A stretch of DNA of 64,000 nucleotides from Dehalococcoidia bacterium (GTDB lineage: Bacteria; Chloroflexota; Dehalococcoidia; SM23-28-2; HRBIN24). The translations under genes and the position numbers were made by a program. Below the pieces are notes generated by a model. The model was not told the DNA's origin and ran no database searches. It was given only the letters and a program-made list of their open reading frames with translations. Each line of letters begins with the position of its first letter. Positions within the stretch are counted from its first letter, which is position 1. The stretch spans positions 6,346-70,345 of the forward strand of contig JAVVHA010000012.1 of assembly GCA_032249735.1 (NCBI GenBank), in the 5' to 3' direction. This document shows positions 56,374 through 64,000 of this stretch, in pieces.

Positions 56374-57552
56374 TCAGTAGGAACGTGGTAGGCCTAAGTG
56401 GTGCTCAGCGATATAGTTCAGGATCATCTCCCGCGATACAGGGGCGGTGCGGAAGAGACGAACCAGGGGCCAGATGGTGATGACATCGGCCTCGCCTGTG
56501 AAGCCTGCGCCACCATGTACTTGGATGGCCGTGTCCACTGCCCGGATGGCCGCCTCGGCCGCTGCATATTTGGCCATATTGGCATATATGCCCACCGTGC
56601 GGCGGTCCACGCCGGCGTCGAAGAGGCGGGCAGCGTGACGGGCCATAAGCCCTGCCAGCTCCAGCTCGGTGGCGACCATGGCCAGGGGATGGGCCAGCCC
56701 CTGGTGGGCACCGATGGGGACGTTGAACACCACGCGGCGGCGGGCATAATCCACGGCCTTGGCCAGCGCATATCGACCGAGCCCCACAGCCATGGCCGCC
56801 ACCGTGATCCGCTCTGGGTTGAGGGCATCGAAGAGCACGTCCAGGCCCTTGCTCTCCTCCCCCACCAGGGCGGAGGCCGGCACCGTGACCCTGTCCAGGA
56901 ACACCTGGAACTGGCGCTCCGTGATGAGGATGCGGGTATCCATGGCCACCGCCTGCAGACCCTCGGCCTTGGTCCCGACGATGAACATCCCCATCCCCTG
57001 CCTCTTGTCCGCCACCTCCTCACGGGGGGAGGTCCTGGCCACCACGAGCATGTGGTCGGCATGGTCTACCCCGCTGATGAAGACCTTCTGGCCGCTGATG
57101 ACGAAGGAATCGCCTTCCCGCCGCGCTAGGGTGCGGATGTTGAAGGAGTTGCTGCCGGCATCGGGCTCGGTGATGGCAAAGCAGAAGCGGGACTCCCCCC
57201 GCAGGAGGGCAGGGAAGTGGGTGGCCTTCTGCTGCGGCGTGCCATGGCGGGCCAACACGAGATGGGCCATGGCCGTGCTGAGCACCAGCATGAACAGAGG
57301 TAGCCCATCTGCGCTCAGCTCCTCGATGAGGGCAGCCAAAAGCTCCAGATGGCAGCCAGCGCCCCCATACTCCTCAGGTATGGTGAGGCCCAGGTAGCCC
57401 CCCTGGGCCAAGTCCTGCCACAGCTCCTCCGGCGCCTCCCCATGCTGGGCCTTCTCCAGCCAGTAGGCGCGCCCATAACGACGGGCCAGGGCCCGGGCCG
57501 CCGCCCGCACCTGTGCCACCTCTTCCCGCTCATCGGGCCTCTGCATCTTCAT
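56374..57552 (-). CDS. Acyl-CoA dehydrogenase
   Basis: ACAD N-terminal, middle and C-terminal domains (FCFAITEPDAGSN, catalytic region IYEGT-like). The ATG is at 57552. Confidence 0.85.
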   Translation of the reverse strand: MKMQRPDEREEVAQVRAAARALARRYGRAYWLEKAQHGEAPEELWQDLAQGGYLGLTIPEEYGGAGCHLELLAALIEELSADGLPLFMLVLSTAMAHLVLARHGTPQQKATHFPALLRGESRFCFAITEPDAGSNSFNIRTLARREGDSFVISGQKVFISGVDHADHMLVVARTSPREEVADKRQGMGMFIVGTKAEGLQAVAMDTRILITERQFQVFLDRVTVPASALVGEESKGLDVLFDALNPERITVAAMAVGLGRYALAKAVDYARRRVVFNVPIGAHQGLAHPLAMVATELELAGLMARHAARLFDAGVDRRTVGIYANMAKYAAAEAAIRAVDTAIQVHGGAGFTGEADVITIWPLVRLFRTAPVSREMILNYIAEHHLGLPRSY

Positions 57553-57958
57553 CCCCGTTATCGATAGGTGTGAACTGTGGGACGGACACCTCGCCTCGCC
57601 TCTCAAAGGTCACCTGAACGGCCATGTCGATGTGGACGCGCGCTGGCTCCACCCCCACTATGTTGGCCATGAGGCGAGGGCCCTCTTCTAGCTCCACAAT
57701 GGCCAGGGCGTAAGGCGCCCGCCTTTGGAAGAAGTGCGAAGGGGCCTGATGGACCACGGTGAAGCTATAGACCCGTCCCCGCCCGGAGCATGCGATCCAT
57801 TCCAGCTGGCTGGCCCAACACCTTGGGCACCATCGACGGGGGGGCAGGAAGATGTAGCCACACCCTTGACACCGCTGGGCCACCAGACGCCCCCGGCGCG
57901 CCGCCTCCCAAAAGGGGCCCGCTACCCCTTCCTGGTTAGGTACCGGCGCCCCTGTCAC
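57530..57958 (-). CDS. Zn-ribbon/OB-fold protein (DUF35 family), thiolase partner
   Basis: CQGCGYIFLPPRRWCPRC plus an OB fold. Confidence 0.75.
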   Translation of the reverse strand: MTGAPVPNQEGVAGPFWEAARRGRLVAQRCQGCGYIFLPPRRWCPRCWASQLEWIACSGRGRVYSFTVVHQAPSHFFQRRAPYALAIVELEEGPRLMANIVGVEPARVHIDMAVQVTFERRGEVSVPQFTPIDNGDEDAEAR

Positions 57959-59127
57959 CGCCTCCTCCCTAGGATGAGGGTGCTGTGTTCAGCCATCATG
58001 CCGCCATAGGTATGCACCAGCACCACCTCGGCCTCCGGCACTTGCCTTGCCCCAGCCCTCCCCATCACCTGTAATGCGCCTTCTACGATCATGGAGAGGC
58101 CTGAGGCGTCCCCCGTATGGCCGTAGGAGAGGAGGCCACCATACGTGTTGACAGGCAAAGGGCCGCCGGGCGAGCAGTGGCCTTGGGCGAAGAGCCTGCC
58201 CCCCTCCCCACGCCGCGCCAGCCCTGCCTCCTCCAGCAGGATAATGGGGCAAATGGTGAAGGCGTCGTAAAGCTCGGCCACCCTTATGTCACTAGGCCCC
58301 AGCCCCGCACGGGCATAGGCCTGCTCTATCGACCACCGAGCGCCCGCGGTGGCCAGCTCGGGGGCCCAGGTGACGTAGCCGTGGCTATGGAACTCCCCCC
58401 ACCCGAGGATATGGGCCGGCCTGGGGTTTATCTCCATCGCCACGTCGTCGCGCGCCACCACTAATGCCCCGCCTCCCTCGCACGGGACAGAGCAGTCCAG
58501 GAGGTGGAAGGGCTCAGCTATGGGCCGGGAAGCGAGGACGTCGTCCACGCTCAAGGGGCCGGCCCCTCGCATGAGGGCATGGGGATGAAGCATGGCCCAC
58601 TGGCGGGCAGCCACAGCCACCGCGGCCATCTCCTGAGGGGTAGTGCCCCGCTCATGCATGAACCTGCGCGCGATTAACGCATAGAGAGGCACGATGTACG
58701 CCCCATAAATGTACTCGAAGTGAGGATGGCTCACCATGCGCGCCATGGCATCGGCCCCGCCTCGGCTCACGCTGGGGAACTTGCCAGCCCCCAGGCAAAG
58801 CACCGCCGATGCCACCCCTTCCTCTATGGCCCAGCAGGCCCTTTGCACCATTATCGCATAGGTGGCCCCACCGGCATTGACCGTCTCGGCGAAGGTGGGA
58901 CGCAATCCCAGGGCGTGGGCCAGCCGCTCGTGGGTGAAGATGTCTGTCTCCTCCCCCCTTGCCATGCCCGCCGGGGCGCACAAGAGGCCATCTATCATGC
59001 GGGGACTGAGGTGCCATTCTCGCAAGAGGAGGGATACCGCTTCCTCATACAGGTCCAACACCGTCATATGGGGATACCGCCCCGGCGGGAGTTCGCTGGC
59101 GGCGGCGATGGCCACCCCCCTGGGCAT
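57955..59127 (-). CDS. Thiolase-like protein (SCP-x / lipid-transfer type acyl-CoA C-acyltransferase)
   Basis: A thiolase fold with the N-terminal Cys region and a C-terminal GHTGDASG-like motif. Confidence 0.85.
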   Translation of the reverse strand: MPRGVAIAAASELPPGRYPHMTVLDLYEEAVSLLLREWHLSPRMIDGLLCAPAGMARGEETDIFTHERLAHALGLRPTFAETVNAGGATYAIMVQRACWAIEEGVASAVLCLGAGKFPSVSRGGADAMARMVSHPHFEYIYGAYIVPLYALIARRFMHERGTTPQEMAAVAVAARQWAMLHPHALMRGAGPLSVDDVLASRPIAEPFHLLDCSVPCEGGGALVVARDDVAMEINPRPAHILGWGEFHSHGYVTWAPELATAGARWSIEQAYARAGLGPSDIRVAELYDAFTICPIILLEEAGLARRGEGGRLFAQGHCSPGGPLPVNTYGGLLSYGHTGDASGLSMIVEGALQVMGRAGARQVPEAEVVLVHTYGGMMAEHSTLILGRRR

Positions 59128-59133
59128 GGGCCC

Positions 59134-59403
59134 TCACTCCTCGATGCCCTTGAGAAAGCGCTGGGTGAAGGTGGGGCGCCTGAGCTGGTAGTTGTATAAG
59201 CATTTGGAGCAGGGCTTGTAGCCCTCCGCCATGGCCTGCTGCAGCTTATCGGGCTGGAAGCCCACCGCCCGCCCCGAGCGCACCAGCTCCCAGATGCCAC
59301 ACCCCTCGGGGGTGGGGTCCTCATGAAACACATCGTGCACTGTCATAGTAGTAGGGTCGCCGATGTAGTGGCGGCCCCGCACCGACTCGATAGGCACAGC
59401 CAT
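59134..59403 (-). CDS. Small hypothetical Cys-containing protein
   Basis: 89 aa with CGIW...CSKC. No recognisable family. Confidence 0.35.
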   Translation of the reverse strand: MAVPIESVRGRHYIGDPTTMTVHDVFHEDPTPEGCGIWELVRSGRAVGFQPDKLQQAMAEGYKPCSKCLYNYQLRRPTFTQRFLKGIEE

Positions 59404-59406
59404 GGC

Positions 59407-60507
59407 CTAAGACACCCCCCTGTGGGCCTCATGGAACACAGGCACCACCTCTTTCCCGAAGAGCTCGATGGAGCGCCGCACCTCGGGCAGGGGTATGCCC
59501 CGCACCTGCATCAGGCACAGCATCCTGTCCACCCCTAGCGCCTCGTAACGCTTGAGGGCGTCGATGCACCTATCAGGGCTCCCCACCACGATGGAGTTGT
59601 GCTCCCGCAGGTAGTCGAAAACCTCACGCGTGCGCCCCTCCAGGGCAGCAAGGAAGGCCCGCTCCTTCTCCCGCAGCACTTGCCAGCCCGCCCCCTTGGT
59701 GTGGGCCAGGAACAGCTTGTAACTGGAGAGGATGTACCAGCCGAAGGCCTCCAGGGCCGCCTCCTCTGCCTCCTGGTCGCTGGGGGCGCAGAAGACCATG
59801 GTGAAGGCCCCCACCTGGTCATTGATGAACTCCCCCACCGGCCGCGCCTGGGCCAGATGCTCGCGGTAGGCCCGCATGTTGGTGGCGAACTCCTCCATCT
59901 CCATGACGAAGGAGAAGCCCAAAGCCCCGATGCCGTTGAGACCAGCCAGACGCCATGACTCGGGGCTGGTGCAGGCCAGCCAGATGGGCGGGTGAGGCTG
60001 CTGGATAGGCTTAGGGATCACATGCCGCTCGGGGATGCGGAAGAAGCGCCCTTCGTATGAGAAGGGCTCGTCCCGCCACATCTTGGGGATGATGGACAGG
60101 GCCTCCTGCCACATGGCCCGCGACTCCTCTGGGGCGATATCGAACCCCAGCTGCTCATAGGCCGAAGAGCGCCCCGTGCCGAACTCCACCCTGCCCCCCG
60201 ACAGGATGTCGAGGGTGGCGATGCGTTCGGCCACCCTTATGGGATGGTTGAAGGGGTATGGCAAAAGCACCACCCCGTGGCCCAGGCGGATCCGCTCGGT
60301 GCGCTGGGAGAGGGCCCCCAGGATCACCTCTGGTGCCGAGGAGTGGGCGAACTCCACCAGGAAGTGGTGCTCCACAAACCAGGCCGTGTGGTAGCCCAAC
60401 TGGTCGGCCAGCTCCACCTGCCTGAGCACCTCCTCAAACAGCTCCCGTTGATGGAGCCGGTCGAAGGGACGGTCCGTCTCCACCTCGTAGAGCAAGTCTA
60501 TCTTCAT
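59407..60507 (-). CDS. LLM-class flavin/F420-dependent oxidoreductase
   Basis: GYHTAWFVEHHF, VEFGTGRSS, and the LLM TIM-barrel. Confidence 0.8.
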   Translation of the reverse strand: MKIDLLYEVETDRPFDRLHQRELFEEVLRQVELADQLGYHTAWFVEHHFLVEFAHSSAPEVILGALSQRTERIRLGHGVVLLPYPFNHPIRVAERIATLDILSGGRVEFGTGRSSAYEQLGFDIAPEESRAMWQEALSIIPKMWRDEPFSYEGRFFRIPERHVIPKPIQQPHPPIWLACTSPESWRLAGLNGIGALGFSFVMEMEEFATNMRAYREHLAQARPVGEFINDQVGAFTMVFCAPSDQEAEEAALEAFGWYILSSYKLFLAHTKGAGWQVLREKERAFLAALEGRTREVFDYLREHNSIVVGSPDRCIDALKRYEALGVDRMLCLMQVRGIPLPEVRRSIELFGKEVVPVFHEAHRGVS

Positions 60508-60724
60508 ACCGCTCCTCCATCCGCTAATTATGGGGCTCCTTCTAGATCACAGCCAGTATAGCAGATCGCGTTCACCGGTCAAGGACACCCCTATGGCAAG
60601 CCGTCGGCAGCAGGCCCGTCCATCGCCAGGGCCGCGCACATACGGGCCGAAATGGCCCGACTCGCGTGGGAGCCTCACCCCTCCCCGTGAGGTTGTTTGA
60701 AGAGTTGGGGTTGGCGGCGATAGA

Positions 60725-61560
60725 TTGATATCGTCAAGAGGCACTGGTGGGGCAGGTGGTAGGGTCATGGGCCGGTCCGAGCTGCCCTTGGCCAGGCTGG
60801 TGGAGGTAGGAGAAGCCTTCTGTGCCCAGCGCCCACAGCCCCGTGGGCGGGGCCGTCGCCCCACGTATAGCGAGGGGCTGGTGCTGGCCCTGTGGACGCT
60901 GGGGCAGCTGCATGGCCTCTCCTGGCGCAAGCTTTAGTCCATCTCCCGCCGGCTCCTGCCCCAGGCGCCCGAACCAGCACCATCCACTGCCGGGTGCGGC
61001 GCATACCCCAAAAGAGGTAGCAGGAGCTGGGCCACCTGCTGGCCCAGCAAGCCTTGGGCGGGGAGCGCCTGGAGCTGGTGCTGGCTGATGGCACCGGCTT
61101 TGGCTTCGGGCTGCCCTACTGGGCCTGCTGGCGGCGTGGGGAGGAGCTGAGGCGGCTGCCCTCCCACGTGAAGGGGGTAGTGGTGGTAGGGGGAGCTTCT
61201 AGGCAAGCGGGTGCTCCTGGGCCCCTCCCTGGGCCCTCCCTACAGCGACGAGCGGCGGCTGGCGGAGCGGTGGCCGCAGTGGCAAGGGAGCAAGGGTTGG
61301 GGTGAGGGCCTCTGGTTCGTGGCCGATGCCCTCTACGGCATGGGCAGGGAGGTGCTCTCCCAGGTGCGCCGCCTGGGCTGGCGGGCGGTGGTGGCGGTGG
61401 GGGAAGGGGTGTGGCGAGGGGTGAAGAGGGAGGAGAAGCAGTGGGCCCAGAGGCCCTGGCAGAAGCACCGGGACATCTACCGGCGCCGCTACCTGGTGGA
61501 GTCGTGGCTGCACAGCGCTCTCTTTTCGACCGAGTGTGATGCCCTGTTGGGCGAACCGGT
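60725..61560 (+). mobile_element. Frameshifted IS4/IS5-type DDE transposase pseudogene
   Basis: N-terminal HTH-like RGRGRRPTYSEGLVLALWTLGQLHGLSWRKL, LVLADGTGFG (first D), FVADALYGMG (second D), and YRRRYLVESWLHSALF (E region) are spread across three reading frames. Confidence 0.5.
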
Positions 61561-61606
61561 GCCCATTTCCCCTTTGCTGCTCCTAAAGGCAAGGACAGCG
61601 AGAGGT

Positions 61607-61879
61607 CTATCGGCCCATCATGCGGCCCTCCATCATGCCATCACCCATCATGCTTGCCATCATTCCTGCCATCATGTCGCGCATCATCTGGTCCATCACC
61701 GGCTGCATTTCCTTCATGTGCTCTGCGCAGAGCCAGAGCAATTCGTCCAGGGCTGCCCCTTGCGCCCTATTCAGCGAACCCGGTTGTAGAGACGGTTGAG
61801 AAGCGAGCTTCACCTGCTGAGTCGGAGATATCGTGTCTCTGGCAGCTGTTGCACGAGAGGAGCCACCGTCATCTGCCAA
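61607..61879 (-). CDS. Met-rich small protein (MxxMM repeats), possible Cu(I)-binding
   Basis: C-terminus MDQMMRDMMAGMMASMMGDGMMEGRMMGR. The same DNA on the plus strand encodes HHxxxHH repeats as a read-through tail of the transposase frame, so the coding strand is ambiguous. Confidence 0.35.
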   Translation of the reverse strand: MADDGGSSRATAARDTISPTQQVKLASQPSLQPGSLNRAQGAALDELLWLCAEHMKEMQPVMDQMMRDMMAGMMASMMGDGMMEGRMMGR

Positions 61880-61957
61880 GAAAGCCCAGGCGCCGTACGC
61901 GGCTAGCAGTAAAAGAACTACGGCCCCCTGTAACAGCCACGGCTCTTAGGGTGAATC

Positions 61958-62356
61958 TTATGTCTGGTCCTCCTCTGATGACCGCGCAGCGACTATGAGC
62001 GGCTCTTTTTCAGAACTCACGCGCACATCCGTCGGGACGCTCCCGTCGGCACTAGCCTGGACCTGTGCTCTGAGAGCCTGAAGCTCTCGCTCCAAGCGAG
62101 CCACTTTCTCCCTCAGCTTGCCCTCTTCAGCTTGGGCTACTGGCTGCTGGTGCTGCTCCGCGTGGCCGCCCATGCAGCTCATCGAAAGCCCTTTCTTCTT
62201 GCCGGTGGCGCGAGCCCATAGCCAGACGCCGACACCCATGCTGGCCATCATCAGCGGGCACGCGAGAACCGACAGCGCTAGGGGTATAAACGGCAGCAGG
62301 TTGTCCATGGCGTCCTCCACCATTGATGGGCCGAAAAGGATCTTACTCCGATACAA
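61958..62356 (-). CDS. Small membrane protein with a CPLMM...MGGH motif (resembles the DUF2933-like proteins of metal-resistance loci)
   Basis: TM helix LLPFIPLALSVLACPLMMASMGVGVWLW, then SCMGGHAEQH and a coiled coil. The family assignment is from memory only. Confidence 0.4.
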   Translation of the reverse strand: MYRSKILFGPSMVEDAMDNLLPFIPLALSVLACPLMMASMGVGVWLWARATGKKKGLSMSCMGGHAEQHQQPVAQAEEGKLREKVARLERELQALRAQVQASADGSVPTDVRVSSEKEPLIVAARSSEEDQT

Positions 62357-62393
62357 CGTGTACCGTCAACTCGTCGGGGGCTTGTCTTGCAAA

Positions 62394-63330
62394 TCAGTAG
62401 CTGCAGCGGGCGGGTGGAGGGCTAAAGGGCCAGGGTCGTAACAAGCCCATTAAAAGGCGCAGCAGCGGCAAGACCCCTGACCACGGCCTCCAGGTAGGCC
62501 CGCTTCTGGGCCATGGAGGGGAGCATCTCCTGGAGGTAGCCACCGGCGAGCCTGGTCTTAATGGCCCCGGAGACGCCCGCCACCACCCCCCGCAACTGGT
62601 AGAGGGAGGGATGGAAGTGCCTCCTGCCCAAGAGCCGCCTCTCCTCCCTCGGCCCCCCTTGAGGGGGATGTGCGCCACAAGCCCCTTCTGGGCCGCCAGT
62701 CGCCGCAGGGAGATGGCATCGAAGCCGGCGTCGGCAAGGAGTTGGCCTCGGGCCCTTACTCCTGCCAGAGCCAGGAGCCTCAGGCGGACATCCGAGGCGT
62801 AGGCAGGGCCCACCGCCACCCCCTCCAGGACCAGGAGCCTCCCTCGCCGGTAATAGCGCACCAGGCAGAGGAGGCGGCTGTGGCCCCGCACCTGCCTCTG
62901 CTCACACCCCCGCCGCCACCTGAGCCGCTGCCCCTTGCTACGGTGGGCCAGCCCCGTGTTGTCCATGAGCAGCAGCGCCTCCTCCCGGGTGAGGAGGGGC
63001 TGGAGCCGCTCCCTGAGCCTCTCCAAAAGGCCCCAAAGCTCCTCCCCTACCCCCTTGGCCAAGCGGTGGAGGGACTTTCAAGCAGGGGCAAGGACCGGTC
63101 AGGGAAGAGCTCCCGGTAAAGCGCCACGGTGTGGCGGTAAGAGGAGGGCCCGATACAGGTCCCAGCCGTAGACCCAGGGGTGGCCCCGCTGGCGCTGTGG
63201 CCCCCGCCCCCGGTAATGGGCCTCGGCCAGCTGGAGACAGGCCAGAAACGCCTGCCGTAGCCTACCACTACCTTTCGCCATGGCATACGAAGCCTATCTC
63301 CAGCCCTTTTACAAGGCAAGCCCAGCTGGT
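62394..63330 (-). mobile_element. Second DDE transposase remnant, in inverted orientation relative to the 60.7 kb copy
   Basis: LLLMDNTGLAH and LLADAGFDAISL (DDE D1 and D2). The C-terminus is truncated, and the upstream portion is broken across frames. Confidence 0.45.
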
Positions 63331-63370
63331 GTTGGCTTACATCGCTGCTTGGCGTTATAATGTAAGCGCC

Positions 63371-63607
63371 ATGGGCAGGACCCAGATAATACTCACCGAC
63401 GAGCAGCTGGCGGCGCTGCGTCGCCTGGCAGCCGAGCAAGGGGTCTCTCTCGCTGAGATGGTGCGGCGGGCGGTGGCCCGCTACCTCGAGTGTGGGCAGG
63501 GTGGCAAGGGTCGGGCGCGGCAGCGCGCCCTATCGGTGGTCGGTCGCTTCGCCTCCGGCTGCGGCGACGTCGCCGCCGAGCACGACCGTTATCTGGCCGA
63601 GGGCTGA
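63371..63607 (+). CDS. Ribbon-helix-helix (CopG/VapB-like) antitoxin
   Basis: QIILTDEQLAALRRLAAEQGVSLAEMVRRAV. A TATAAT at 63356-63361 sits inside the near-palindrome GGCGTTATAATGTAAGCGCC. Confidence 0.75.
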   Translation: MGRTQIILTDEQLAALRRLAAEQGVSLAEMVRRAVARYLECGQGGKGRARQRALSVVGRFASGCGDVAAEHDRYLAEG

Positions 63608-63608
63608 G

Positions 63609-64000
63609 TTGGCCATCTTCGTGGACACCTCCGGCCTCTACGCCGTTCTCGACCGGGACGACCACTGGCATACAGCCGCAGCCGCGACCTGGCGGCAGCT
63701 CATGGAGGGGGAGGAGCCGCTGGTCACCCACAACTACGTGCTGGTGGAGACGCTGGCGCTGACGCAGCGGCGGCTGGGCATGGCGGCCGTGCGAGCGGTA
63801 GTGGAGGAGGTCATCCCCGTGCTGGAGGTGGCCTTCGTCGACGAGCGCCTGCATGAGCTGGCGCTGGCCTCTCTCGTGGCCGCTGGGCAGAGGCAGCTGA
63901 GCCTGGTGGACTGGACCAGCTTCCTGTTCATGCGGCGGGAGGGCATCGAGGTGGCCTTTGCTGTGGACCAGGACTTCGTGGCCCAGGGCTTCAGAGTGAC
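63609..64000 (+). CDS. PIN-domain toxin (VapC-like), truncated by the window end
   Basis: A TTG start 1 nt after the antitoxin stop, with IFVDTSGLYAVLDRDD and downstream acidic residues. No stop before the window end. Confidence 0.7.
   Translation, partial: MAIFVDTSGLYAVLDRDDHWHTAAAATWRQLMEGEEPLVTHNYVLVETLALTQRRLGMAAVRAVVEEVIPVLEVAFVDERLHELALASLVAAGQRQLSLVDWTSFLFMRREGIEVAFAVDQDFVAQGFRV

Noticed and set aside
1-64000. CRISPR arrays, tRNA and rRNA genes
   Set aside because: No direct-repeat/spacer arrays and no cloverleaf-compatible segments were seen in any intergenic region. The only structured RNAs found were rnpB and the SAM-I riboswitch.

Overview
This is a high-GC (~66%) bacterial chromosomal window that is densely coding on both strands. 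The gene content (coenzyme F420 genes cofE and fno, HisZ-dependent HisG, an NfeD/stomatin pair, a class A PBP with a Pro/Thr-rich tail) fits a Chloroflexota-like or other high-GC thermophile, but the phylum cannot be proven from the sequence. From 5' to 3' the window holds: a purine operon (purF-purM-[low-GC unknown ORF]-purH-[GT2]-purB-purC-purS); a minus-strand his operon (hisZ, an internally duplicated hisG, an unknown metallohydrolase, hisD-hisC-hisB); nfeD plus an SPFH gene; birA; murE with RNase P RNA (rnpB) directly upstream; methylmalonyl-CoA mutase; three GH130-type modules; cofE and fno; pbp1A; gatCA; argS; recG; and degV. The most unusual locus runs from 43.5 to 49.7 kb on the minus strand. 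A clear SAM-I riboswitch with an intrinsic terminator precedes a threonine-synthase-like PLP enzyme, a NIL-domain protein, a CysO-type sulfur-carrier protein and a glutaredoxin-like protein. These are followed by an Rrf2 regulator, cysK, an E1 (MoeB/ThiF) enzyme carrying an N-terminal fused CysO-like domain, a second free CysO-like carrier and cysM. This looks like a protein-thiocarboxylate-dependent homocysteine/methionine plus cysteine biosynthesis supercluster. Downstream are a two-component system, phoU, an acyl-CoA catabolic cluster, an IS-flanked islet with Met/His-rich and small membrane proteins, and a VapBC-like pair that is cut by the window end. No CRISPR arrays or tRNA genes were found.
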